Below, piece by piece: positions 47,295 to 55,588 of a stretch of 55,588 nt of DNA. Source of the stretch: an uncultured Oscillospiraceae bacterium (lineage in GTDB: Bacteria; Bacillota; Clostridia; Oscillospirales; Oscillospiraceae); contig CAAFMK010000036.1 of assembly GCA_900763995.1 (NCBI GenBank), forward strand, positions 1 through 55,588. Reading direction: 5' to 3'. Position numbers and translations under genes: made by a program. The notes under the pieces were generated by a model. That model did no database searches, was not told the origin of the DNA, and saw only the letters and a list, made by a program, of their open reading frames with translations. The first letter of the stretch is position 1. Each line of letters begins with the position of its first letter.

Positions 47295-47663
47295 TTATCC
47301 CGCTCCTCCTTCCAAATTCTGAATGCGCTCCCACAGCTGCTGTCCGTCCATCCCCAAAAACAGCAGTTCGGCTGTGGTCTGGTCAAAGGCGTGCAGCAGC
47401 TCCCGCCGCCGCCCCTCATCCACCCCGGTGTTGGGGGAGGCAAAGGAGCCTTTGCCCGGCACGGAGTACACATATCCCTCCGCCTCCAGCGCCTCATAGG
47501 CCCGCTGGATGGTGTTGGGGTTGATGGCCAGTGTGCCGGCCATGATGCGCACTGAGGGGAGCTTTTCCCCCTCCTGAATCACCCCGGTCACCATCAATCG
47601 GCGCAGCCCGTCCTTTACCTGCTCGTAGATGGGGCGGGCATCTCGATAGTCTAAATTGAGCAT
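47295..47663 (-). CDS. GntR-family (YtrA subfamily) transcriptional regulator
   Basis: PIYEQ, LPSVR, INPNTIQRAY..LE..G, GKGSF; short C-terminus. Confidence 0.93.
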   Translation of the reverse strand: MLNLDYRDARPIYEQVKDGLRRLMVTGVIQEGEKLPSVRIMAGTLAINPNTIQRAYEALEAEGYVYSVPGKGSFASPNTGVDEGRRRELLHAFDQTTAELLFLGMDGQQLWERIQNLEGGAG

Positions 47664-47732
47664 ATAGCCTCCTCTCTCCAGAATTTCCCTGGAAATCCTT
47701 CCCCTCCGACCCCAGATGGGGTGGAGTGAACT

Positions 47733-47784
47733 GTACTAACTGTATTAGTACGCTTAGTATATAGGAGCGGTCTATGAATGGCAA
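47733..47784 (-). promoter_or_regulatory. Promoter and YtrA-type operator(s) of the GntR-ABC operon
   Basis: Minus strand TTGCCA-17 nt-TATACT (47784-47756); palindrome GTACTAA-N5-TTAGTAC at 47733-47751. Confidence 0.75.
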
Positions 47785-47890
47785 TTAAATTTCCCTTAAG
47801 TTTTTCTTATCTTTTTTTCCATGGGTTTGTGTGGTACAATGGCCCTATCTATAAATCTATTCGGGTGTAGCCTGAGCGGGAGGAACTTTA

Positions 47891-48697
47891 ATGTATCAGA
47901 AGATCGGTTTTATTGGTACTGGAAATATGGGGGCTGCCATTGCCACCGCGGCCAGCAAAAGCGGGCTGGCACAGGAGATTTTGCTGGCCAACCGCACCCC
48001 AGCCAAGGCCCAGATCCTGGCCCAGCGGCTGGGAGGGGCAGAGGTCACAGAGAATAAAACCATCGCCCAGCAGTGCCAGCTGATTTTTCTAGGGGTAAAG
48101 CCACAGATGATGGCCCAGGTGCTGGAGGAGCTCACCCCGGTACTGAGTCAGCGGCAGGACGGCTTTTTGCTGGTGACCATGGCCGCCGGGATCACCTGCG
48201 CCCGGATCCAGGAGCTGGCGGGGGTGAACTGCCCCATTATCCGCATGATGCCCAATACCCCCTGCGCCATTGGGGCCGGGGTGATCCAATACTGCGGTCT
48301 GGGGGCCACACAGCAGCAGCTTGACGACTTTGCCGCCCTCATGGCCCCCGCCGGGCTGGTAGACCCGGTGGCTGAACATCTCATTGACGCCTCCAGCGCT
48401 GTATCCGGCTGCGGCCCCGCCTTTGCCTATTTGTTTATGGAGGCCCTAGCGGACGGAGGTGTGGCCTGCGGCCTGCCCCGGGACAAGGCCCTGGCCTACG
48501 CCGCCCAGATGACCGCCGGTGCGGCCCAGATGGTGCTGGAACACAAGCAGAACCCGGGGGCGTTGAAGGACGCCGTCTGTTCCCCCGGAGGCACCACCAT
48601 TCAGGGGGTGCGTACACTGGAGGAACAGGGATTCCGGGGGGCTGCTATGGATGCGGTCATTGCCGCCTATGAAAAAACTTTGACACTGCACGGATGA
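47891..48697 (+). CDS. proC: Pyrroline-5-carboxylate reductase
   Basis: GFIGTGNMG, VKPQ, RMMPNTP, SGCGPA, VCSPGGTT. Confidence 0.96.
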   Translation: MYQKIGFIGTGNMGAAIATAASKSGLAQEILLANRTPAKAQILAQRLGGAEVTENKTIAQQCQLIFLGVKPQMMAQVLEELTPVLSQRQDGFLLVTMAAGITCARIQELAGVNCPIIRMMPNTPCAIGAGVIQYCGLGATQQQLDDFAALMAPAGLVDPVAEHLIDASSAVSGCGPAFAYLFMEALADGGVACGLPRDKALAYAAQMTAGAAQMVLEHKQNPGALKDAVCSPGGTTIQGVRTLEEQGFRGAAMDAVIAAYEKTLTLHG

Positions 48698-48713
48698 AAG
48701 AGAGGCTATTTGT

Positions 48714-49502
48714 ATGCGTATGGTAGTAAAGGTTGGTACCTCCACTCTGGCCCACGCCACCGGGCGGCTCAATATCCGCCATGTGGAGCAGCTGGTCAAG
48801 GTGCTATCCGATTTGAAAAATGCGGGACATGAACTGATCCTTGTCTCCTCCGGTGCCATCGGTATGGGGGTGGGCAAGCTGAACCTCCCCGGCCGCCCCT
48901 CCGATATGCCCACCAAGCAGGCGGCGGCAGCGGTTGGCCAATGCGAGCTGATGTATACCTATGACAAGCTCTTTGCCCAGTATAATCACACAGTGGCCCA
49001 GATCCTGCTCACCAGTGAGGATGTGGAGCACCCCGAGCGGCGGCGCAACTTTGAAAACACCATGGCCCGCCTGCTGGAGCTGGGCACCCTGCCCATCATC
49101 AATGAGAACGACACCGTTGCCACCGCAGAGATCACCGTGGGGGACAACGACACTCTGGGGGCCATTGTGGCCTGCTGTGTAAATGCCGATCTGCTGGTGC
49201 TCCTGTCTGACATCGAGGGGCTGTACACCGCCGATCCCCGTCAGGACACCTCTGCCAAGCTCATCCCCGTGGTGGAGGAGGTCACCCTTGACATTGAGGC
49301 GCTGGCCGGTGGAAAGGGCAGCGATCTGGCGGTAGGGGGTATGGCCACCAAGCTGCGGGCGGCCAAACTGGTCACCGCTCAGGGCTGTGACATGGTCATC
49401 ACCAACGGGGAACACCCCAGCCGTCTTTATGACATCGCCAGCGGGCAGGCCGTTGGCACACGCTTTTTGGGAAAGAGCACATCTCCCACACCGCCGCTGT
49501 GA
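48714..49502 (+). CDS. proB: Glutamate 5-kinase (no PUA domain)
   Basis: VVKVGTS, SSGAI, AAAVGQ, INEND, GDNDTL, GGMATK. Confidence 0.96.
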   Translation: MRMVVKVGTSTLAHATGRLNIRHVEQLVKVLSDLKNAGHELILVSSGAIGMGVGKLNLPGRPSDMPTKQAAAAVGQCELMYTYDKLFAQYNHTVAQILLTSEDVEHPERRRNFENTMARLLELGTLPIINENDTVATAEITVGDNDTLGAIVACCVNADLLVLLSDIEGLYTADPRQDTSAKLIPVVEEVTLDIEALAGGKGSDLAVGGMATKLRAAKLVTAQGCDMVITNGEHPSRLYDIASGQAVGTRFLGKSTSPTPPL

Positions 49503-49516
49503 AAGGGGTCTATTGT

Positions 49517-50773
49517 ATGACGACACAAGAACTTCTTCTCCAGGCTCGGCAGGCCAGACAGGCCATGGGGAGGGCAGATACCGCACAAAAAAACGCCGCT
49601 TTACTGGCTATGGCCGCCGCTTTGGAGGCCAACTGTTCCGCCATTCTTTCCGCCAATGCGCTGGACTGTCAGGCCGCACGGGCCACTGTGTCTGAGGTGA
49701 TGCTGGACCGGCTCACCCTGGATGAGGGGCGCATTGCCGCCATGGCCCACGGCATTCGGGAGGTGGCCGCCCTGCCAGATCCTGTGGGGGCGGTGCTGAA
49801 CCGGGTGGAGCGCCCCAACGGGCTGGTCATTGAAAAGATCGCCGTTCCCATGGGGGTCATTGCCATCATCTACGAGTCCCGGCCCAATGTCACCGCCGAC
49901 GCCGCCGCACTGGCCATCAAGGCGGGCTCTGCCTGTGTCCTCCGTGGCGGCAAGGAGGCCCATCGCTCCGCCGCCGCCATTGTGGACGCCCTCCATCAGG
50001 GGCTGGAGCAGGCGGGACTGCCCCGGGATACTGTGAACCTTGTGGAGGACACCACCCGCCAGTCAGCCCAGGAGCTGATGCAGGCCCGGGGGCTGGTGGA
50101 TCTGCTCATCCCCCGGGGCGGGGCGGGGCTCATTCGGGCCTGTGTGGAGCAGGCCTGTGTCCCTGTTTTGGAGACAGGCACCGGCATCTGCCACATCTAT
50201 GTGGACAAATGCGCCCAGTTGGACATGGCTCTGGACATTGTGGAAAATGCCAAGTGTTCCCGGCCCTCTGTGTGCAACGCCGCTGAGGTGTGCCTGGTGC
50301 ACAGGGATGTGGCAGAGGAATTTCTGCCCCAGCTGCAAAAGCGGCTGACCAGTGATCGCACAGCTCAGGGGCTCATCCCTGTGGAGCTGCGTGTGGATGC
50401 CAAAGCCGCCGCCTTGATCCCCGGCACCCCCGCTGGTGAACACGACTTTGACACTGAGTTTTTGGACTATATTCTGTCCATCAAGGTGGTGGATCACCTG
50501 GAGGAGGCCATCTCCCACATCGCCGGCCACTCCACCGGCCACTCTGAGGCCATCATTACCGCAGACCAAACACGGGCACAGGACTTTTTGATGCAGGTGG
50601 ACTCCTCCGCCGTCTACTGGAACGCCTCCACCCGCTTTACAGACGGGGGCGAGTTCGGCCTGGGCTGTGAGATGGGCATCTCCACCCAGAAGCTCCATGC
50701 ACGGGGGCCCCTTGGGCTCTTTGAGCTGTGCACCTACAAATATATCCTGAAAGGGACTGGACAAATCCGCTGA
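49517..50773 (+). CDS. proA: Gamma-glutamyl phosphate reductase
   Basis: IYESRPNVT, IPRGG, SVCNAAE, NASTRFTDG, ISTQKLHARGP. Confidence 0.97.
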   Translation: MTTQELLLQARQARQAMGRADTAQKNAALLAMAAALEANCSAILSANALDCQAARATVSEVMLDRLTLDEGRIAAMAHGIREVAALPDPVGAVLNRVERPNGLVIEKIAVPMGVIAIIYESRPNVTADAAALAIKAGSACVLRGGKEAHRSAAAIVDALHQGLEQAGLPRDTVNLVEDTTRQSAQELMQARGLVDLLIPRGGAGLIRACVEQACVPVLETGTGICHIYVDKCAQLDMALDIVENAKCSRPSVCNAAEVCLVHRDVAEEFLPQLQKRLTSDRTAQGLIPVELRVDAKAAALIPGTPAGEHDFDTEFLDYILSIKVVDHLEEAISHIAGHSTGHSEAIITADQTRAQDFLMQVDSSAVYWNASTRFTDGGEFGLGCEMGISTQKLHARGPLGLFELCTYKYILKGTGQIR

Positions 50774-50958
50774 TTTTGGCAGAAATTATCCCGTGACAAC
50801 TGCATTGCCCCGGTGTAGAATAGAGCCGGGTGGCGCGCTGTCCTATTGGCTGTATCCTTTCTGGTACCACCCTGACCATTTACCCCAGACCCTGTGAATG
50901 AACCATGTGGTACGATCATCAAATGTTGGGCCATAAGGCCCGGAAAGGACTGATTCCC

Positions 50959-51459
50959 ATGAGCCTGAAACTGCGTGAGCATGAATTTTTATCCCTGACC
51001 CGTGATCTGCTGGATTCTGACCAGGTGCGGATGATGGGCCGCTGGAAGCACCACGGCCCCGTCACTACTTTGGATCACTCCTTGTTTGTTGCATATAATT
51101 CCTACCGTCTGGCCCGATTTTTGCGGCTGGATGCCTATGCGGCTGCACGGGGCGGTCTGCTCCATGACCTGTATTTGTATGACTCCAAGGATAAATCCGC
51201 CCACCCGGGCAACCAGTGCTTTGACCACCCCCGGGCCGCTGCTCGGAACGCTGCAAAGCTCACTGACCTGTCTGACAAAGAGCACAACATCATCCTCTCC
51301 CATATGTGGCCCCTGGGGGGCGCTCTGCCCCGTTCCATGGAGGCCTGGCTTGTGGATCTGGTGGACACTGTATGTGCTGGTCTGGAGTTCTCCCGCATCT
51401 ACCGCCCCCATCGGCTGCGCCAGCGACTTGGCGTTCGCCCGCTGATCGCCGCCTGTTAA
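50959..51459 (+). CDS. HD-domain protein
   Basis: HS, GLLHDL, HP, IILSHMWP, VD; GAAAGGA RBS. Confidence 0.85.
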   Translation: MSLKLREHEFLSLTRDLLDSDQVRMMGRWKHHGPVTTLDHSLFVAYNSYRLARFLRLDAYAAARGGLLHDLYLYDSKDKSAHPGNQCFDHPRAAARNAAKLTDLSDKEHNIILSHMWPLGGALPRSMEAWLVDLVDTVCAGLEFSRIYRPHRLRQRLGVRPLIAAC

Positions 51460-51473
51460 CACCAGAAAATCCG

Positions 51474-51505
51474 CCGCCCCTTCCATTTGTGATGGGGCGG
51501 TTTTT
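51474..51505 (+). terminator. Terminator after the HD gene
   Basis: CCGCCCC/GGGGCGG stem followed by TTTTT. Confidence 0.65.
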
Positions 51506-51662
51506 ATGAGTACAGCCCATATACCTTGCATTTTTTTGTGTATTCTAACAGTTTTTAGGAATTTTATCTGTCATGTAAAAATTTTCACAGAATATGTTAT
51601 AATGGAAGCAACAAACTGCTCCGTTCCCGCCAGGGAACGGCCGCTCTTGACAGGAGGAACTC

Positions 51663-52349
51663 ATGGAATTTAACCCATCTGCACTACAGGCCAAGCGGGA
51701 GCAGCTGCTTCAAAGCGGCGTTCTCATGATGGACCCCGGCAGTGTCTATGTGGAGGAGGGGGTAGAGGTCGGTGTGGGCACCGTCCTTTTACCTGGCACC
51801 ATTTTGCGTGGAAAAACTGTGATCGGCACAGACTGCCAGATCGGCCCCCAGGTGATGCTCACCAACTGCATTGTGGGGAAGGGCTGCACCATCAACGCCT
51901 CCCAGTGTGAGGACAGTGAGCTTCAGGACAACTGCCAGATCGGCCCCTACACCCATATCAGGCCCCACTGCACAGTGGGCGAGGGCTCTAAGATCGGCGC
52001 TTTTGTCCAGCTGAAAAACTGCACCCTGGGCAAGGGCACCAAGATGGCCCATCTGACCTATGTGGGGGACAGTGATGTGGGGGACAACTGCAACTTTGGC
52101 TGTGGCACCATCACCTGCAATTACGACGGATTTCAAAAATTCCGCACCACCATCGGCAGCGATGTATTTGTGGGGTGCAATACAAACCTCGTCCCCCCGG
52201 TTCAGGTGGGGGATGGCGCCTTCATTGCTGCGGCCACCACCGTCACACAGGATGTTCCAGAAGATGCCATGGTCATTGGCCGGACCCGCCAGCAGGTCAA
52301 GGAGGGCTGGGCCGCTGCCAATCGGGCAAAAAAAGGGAAAAAAGCATAA
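51663..52349 (+). CDS. glmU: Stand-alone GlmU C-terminal (glucosamine-1-phosphate N-acetyltransferase) domain
   Basis: Hexapeptide repeats, IGPYTHIRP, HLTYVGD, GCGTITCNYDG; no N-terminal uridylyltransferase domain; AGGAGG RBS; glmU-prs-pth synteny. Confidence 0.88.
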   Translation: MEFNPSALQAKREQLLQSGVLMMDPGSVYVEEGVEVGVGTVLLPGTILRGKTVIGTDCQIGPQVMLTNCIVGKGCTINASQCEDSELQDNCQIGPYTHIRPHCTVGEGSKIGAFVQLKNCTLGKGTKMAHLTYVGDSDVGDNCNFGCGTITCNYDGFQKFRTTIGSDVFVGCNTNLVPPVQVGDGAFIAAATTVTQDVPEDAMVIGRTRQQVKEGWAAANRAKKGKKA

Positions 52350-52449
52350 TCTGATATTGCGGGACTGGTGCCCGCAGAGCAGTATAGACACATAAGACCG
52401 GGCGGGCGAAGCCATTCGCCCCCCCAAAAAAGATTTGGAGGATTTCAAT

Positions 52450-53433
52450 ATGATCGCACACGGGAAGGACATCAAGGTGTTTACTGGCAACTCCAACCCC
52501 AAGCTGGCTAAGAACATCTGCATGGAGCTGGGCATCCCTCTGGGAGAGTGTGAGGTAGGCGCATTTTCAGACGGCGAGAACTTTGCCTCAATCTACGAGA
52601 CCGTCCGCGGCTCTGATGTATTTGTGGTGCAGTCCACCTGCTCCTTTGTCAAGGATGGCAAGCCAGGTACTGTCAATGACTCTCTGATGGAGCTTCTGAT
52701 CATGATCGATGCGCTCAAGCGCGCCTCTGCCGGCCGGATCACCGCCGTCATCCCCTACTTTGGCTACGCCCGTCAGGACCGCAAGACCAAGCCCCGTGAT
52801 CCCATCTCTGCCAAGCTGGTGGCCAACCTCATCACTAAGGCCGGGGCCGACCGGGTGCTGACCATGGATCTCCACGCCAACCAGATCCAGGGCTTCTTTG
52901 ACATTCCTGTGGATAACCTGCTGGGCTCCCCCATTTTTGTGGACTACTTCAAGCGCAAGTTCAAGGACGACGCTGACAACACCATGGTCGTCTCCCCCGA
53001 TGTGGGCTCTGTGACCCGTGCCAGAGCCTTTGCCCAGAAGCTCAATATGCCTCTGGCCATTGTGGACAAGCGCCGCCAGAAGGCCAACTCCTCTGAGGTC
53101 ATGAACATCATCGGCGATGTGCGGGACAAGCATGTCATCCTGCTGGACGACATGGTGGACACCGGCGGATCTCTGTGCCACGCCGCCAAGGCCCTGGTGG
53201 AGATCGGCGGTGCCAAGGATGTCAGCGCCTGCGCCTCCCACGGTGTGCTGTCCGGCCCCGCCATTGAGCGCATTACCAACAGCGTCATCAATGAGGTCAT
53301 GTTCCTCGACACCATCCCCCCCAAGGAGGGTGTCCAGTGCGAGAAGATCAAGTATATCTCTGTGGCCCATATGTTTGCTGAGGCCATCAACCACATCTAT
53401 ATGGAGACCTCTGTCTCCCCCCTGTTCCTGTAA
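52450..53433 (+). CDS. prs: Ribose-phosphate pyrophosphokinase
   Basis: FSDGE, PYFGYARQDRK, DLHANQIQGFF, VSPD, DDMVDTGGS. Confidence 0.97.
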   Translation: MIAHGKDIKVFTGNSNPKLAKNICMELGIPLGECEVGAFSDGENFASIYETVRGSDVFVVQSTCSFVKDGKPGTVNDSLMELLIMIDALKRASAGRITAVIPYFGYARQDRKTKPRDPISAKLVANLITKAGADRVLTMDLHANQIQGFFDIPVDNLLGSPIFVDYFKRKFKDDADNTMVVSPDVGSVTRARAFAQKLNMPLAIVDKRRQKANSSEVMNIIGDVRDKHVILLDDMVDTGGSLCHAAKALVEIGGAKDVSACASHGVLSGPAIERITNSVINEVMFLDTIPPKEGVQCEKIKYISVAHMFAEAINHIYMETSVSPLFL

Positions 53434-53506
53434 GAAAACTGTGGGAACGGGGCACCGTACCCATACCCTGCAAGGTATCCCGGTACGCCACCCAACAACA
53501 AACACA

Positions 53507-53542
53507 GGGGCGGGTAGCTATTACCCGCCCCCATTTCATTTT
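53507..53542 (+). terminator. Terminator-like hairpin between prs and pth
   Basis: GGGGCGGGTAG/TTACCCGCCCC followed by ATTTCATTTT. Confidence 0.6.
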
Positions 53543-53555
53543 AGTGAGGAACGCT

Positions 53556-54149
53556 ATGTTTTTGAAAAAGAATTCCGGGGGTGTCAGCTGGCTCATCGTT
53601 GGGCTGGGCAACCCCGGGGAGAAGTATGAGAACACCCGCCACAATGTGGGCTTTATGGTGGTGGATGAGCTGGCCGAACGGGAGAGCAAACCCATTCAGC
53701 GGCTGAAATTTAAGGCCCTGACCAACACCTTGACCATTTCGGGGGAAAAGGTGCTGGTGATGAAGCCAATGACCTATATGAACCTGTCCGGTGAGGCGGT
53801 TCGCCAGGCCATGGACTTTTACAAGATCCCGCCAGAGCACATTTTGGTCATCTCTGATGACACCGCCCTGGCAGTGGGCCGTCTGCGCATCCGGGCCAAG
53901 GGCTCTGCCGGGGGGCACAACGGGCTTAAAAATATCATTCAGCACCTGGGCACTGACCAGTTCCCCCGGCTGCGGGTGGGCGTGGGGGAGAAGCCCCACC
54001 CCGATTACGACATGGCGGACTGGGTGCTTGGTGCCTTTCAGGGGGAGGACAAAAAAGCCATAGATGCCACTGTCAAACGGGCCGCTGATGCGGTTGAATG
54101 TATTTTGGCACAGGGCCTGGATCGTGGGATGGGCAAATTCAATGGATAG
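53556..54149 (+). CDS. pth: Peptidyl-tRNA hydrolase
   Basis: GLGNPG, TRHNVG, KPMTYMNLSG, GGHNG. Confidence 0.97.
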   Translation: MFLKKNSGGVSWLIVGLGNPGEKYENTRHNVGFMVVDELAERESKPIQRLKFKALTNTLTISGEKVLVMKPMTYMNLSGEAVRQAMDFYKIPPEHILVISDDTALAVGRLRIRAKGSAGGHNGLKNIIQHLGTDQFPRLRVGVGEKPHPDYDMADWVLGAFQGEDKKAIDATVKRAADAVECILAQGLDRGMGKFNG

Positions 54150-54205
54150 GTATTTTTCTTGTTGTGAAATGCAAAATAAATTCCCTGTTGTTCCGGAAAA
54201 TTTTA

Positions 54206-54234
54206 TTGCTTTTTACCCCACTCTTTGATATGAT
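54206..54234 (+). promoter_or_regulatory. Promoter of the thiolase gene
   Basis: TTGCTT-17 nt-TATGAT with extended TG. Confidence 0.6.
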
Positions 54235-54305
54235 GACGGTGAAGAGCGGTTTATTCCAAGCGCCCGTATGGGGCGCCACCAACAAACTTCTGGAGGTATA
54301 ACATT

Positions 54306-55565
54306 ATGAAAGACATCTATGTTGTCAGCTGCTGCCGCACCGCCATTGGTTCCTTTGGCGGCTCCTTGAAGGATACCCCCGCCGCCGATCTGGGTGCGGT
54401 TGTCATTAAAGAGGCTCTGAATCGGGCCAATGTAAAGCCTGAGCAGGTGGACGAGGTCATGTTTGGCTGTATCCTCACTGCTGGTCTGGGCCAGAACCCC
54501 GCCCGTCAGGCCGCTATGAAGGCCGGTGTGCCCACCTCCGTCCCCGCCTACACTGTGGGCATGGTGTGCGGCTCTGGCATGAAGTCCGTCATCGAGGCCG
54601 GCCGTACCATCGCCGCCGGTGATGCTGACATCATTGTGGCTGGTGGTATGGAGAATATGTCCTCCGCCCCCTACGCCCTGCCTGCCGCCCGCTGGGGCGC
54701 CCGCATGGGTGACAACAAGATGGTTGACACCATGATCAAGGACGGTCTGTGGGATGCCTATAACAACTACCACATGGGCACCACCGCTGAGAACATCTGC
54801 GATGTGTGGGGCATCACCCGTGAGGAGCTGGACGAGTTTGCCGCCTCCTCCCAGAACAAGGCTGAGGCCGCCCAGAACTCCGGCCGCTTCAACGATGAGA
54901 TCGTCCCTGTGATGATCAAGAAGAAGAAGGAGATGGTGGAGTTCAAGGTGGACGAGTTCCCCCGTGCCGGTGTCACCGCTGAGGGCATCTCCAAGCTGCG
55001 CGGCGCTTTCCCCGTAGGCCCTGATGGGGTCGAGGGCGAGATCGCTCACACCTTCGAGGTCACCAAGGTTCACGAGGCTGACGCCCACAAGCATGTTCAG
55101 CGTGTCACCGCTGCCAATGCCTCCGGCATCAACGACGGCGCTGCCGCCATCATCCTGGCCTCCGCTGAGGCTGTGGAGAAGTACGGTCTGAAGCCCATGG
55201 CCAAGCTGGTCTCCTGGGGCCAGGGCGGCGTAGATCCTAAGATCATGGGTGTTGGCCCTGTGCCCGCCTCCCGTCAGGCTATGGACAAGGCCAACCTGAA
55301 GATCGAGGACATGGATCTGGTCGAGGCCAACGAGGCCTTTGCCGCCCAGTCCATCGCTGTGGCCCGTGAGCTGAACTTTGACATGAGCAAGGTCAATGTC
55401 AACGGCGGTGCCATCGCCCTGGGTCACCCTGTCGGTGCCTCCGGCGCCCGTATCATTGTCACCCTGCTCCACGAGCTGGCCAAGCGCCCCGATGCCAAGA
55501 AGGGTCTTGCTACCCTGTGTATTGGCGGCGGCATGGGTGTTGCCACCATCTTTGAGAAGTGCTAA
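54306..55565 (+). CDS. thlA: Acetyl-CoA acetyltransferase (thiolase)
   Basis: [43 protein letters not shown]. Confidence 0.96.
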   Translation: MKDIYVVSCCRTAIGSFGGSLKDTPAADLGAVVIKEALNRANVKPEQVDEVMFGCILTAGLGQNPARQAAMKAGVPTSVPAYTVGMVCGSGMKSVIEAGRTIAAGDADIIVAGGMENMSSAPYALPAARWGARMGDNKMVDTMIKDGLWDAYNNYHMGTTAENICDVWGITREELDEFAASSQNKAEAAQNSGRFNDEIVPVMIKKKKEMVEFKVDEFPRAGVTAEGISKLRGAFPVGPDGVEGEIAHTFEVTKVHEADAHKHVQRVTAANASGINDGAAAIILASAEAVEKYGLKPMAKLVSWGQGGVDPKIMGVGPVPASRQAMDKANLKIEDMDLVEANEAFAAQSIAVARELNFDMSKVNVNGGAIALGHPVGASGARIIVTLLHELAKRPDAKKGLATLCIGGGMGVATIFEKC

Positions 55566-55588
55566 ATCCATAAACTCAGTCCCCCGGC

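Noticed and set aside
48714..49502. ProB truncation (no PUA domain) as a pseudogene or novelty
   Set aside because: PUA-less glutamate 5-kinases are common in Firmicutes, and the catalytic motifs are intact.
54162..54179. Rex box upstream of thiolase (TTGTGAAATGCAAAATAA)
   Set aside because: Only the left half-site matches, which is too weak to call without a PWM.

Overview
GC-rich chromosomal segment of an anaerobic Firmicute. Gene content and protein style suggest Oscillospiraceae/Clostridia (inference, no search run). Most of it is housekeeping: T-box-ileS, rpsO-pnp, recJ-relA-dtd-hemZ, yabM-mazG-hup-yabO, proCBA, prs-pth and thiolase. I saw no rRNA, tRNA, CRISPR array or transposase. Four accessory features stand out. 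(1) A peptidoglycan-remodelling operon (39006-44422) encodes an alanine-racemase homolog lacking both catalytic residues, a D-aspartate-ligase-like ATP-grasp enzyme, an aspartate racemase, and a non-DAP-type MurE fused in frame to an intact N-acetylglutamate kinase (ArgB). This suggests an Orn/Lys-D-Asp cell-wall system with coupled ornithine supply. (2) A histidine-centred locus (13809-19990) holds a divergent YerC/HisR-type regulator, a secreted M14 carboxypeptidase, a YuiF-like transporter with a structured leader, HutH with an SSG MIO triad, and a CntK-like histidine racemase. It has no staphylopine genes and no hutUIG. (3) A ~203-bp four-hairpin MITE-like element sits at 30191-30393, and a second copy begins the window. 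(4) A stand-alone acetyltransferase half of GlmU precedes prs. All calls come from motif recognition by eye.
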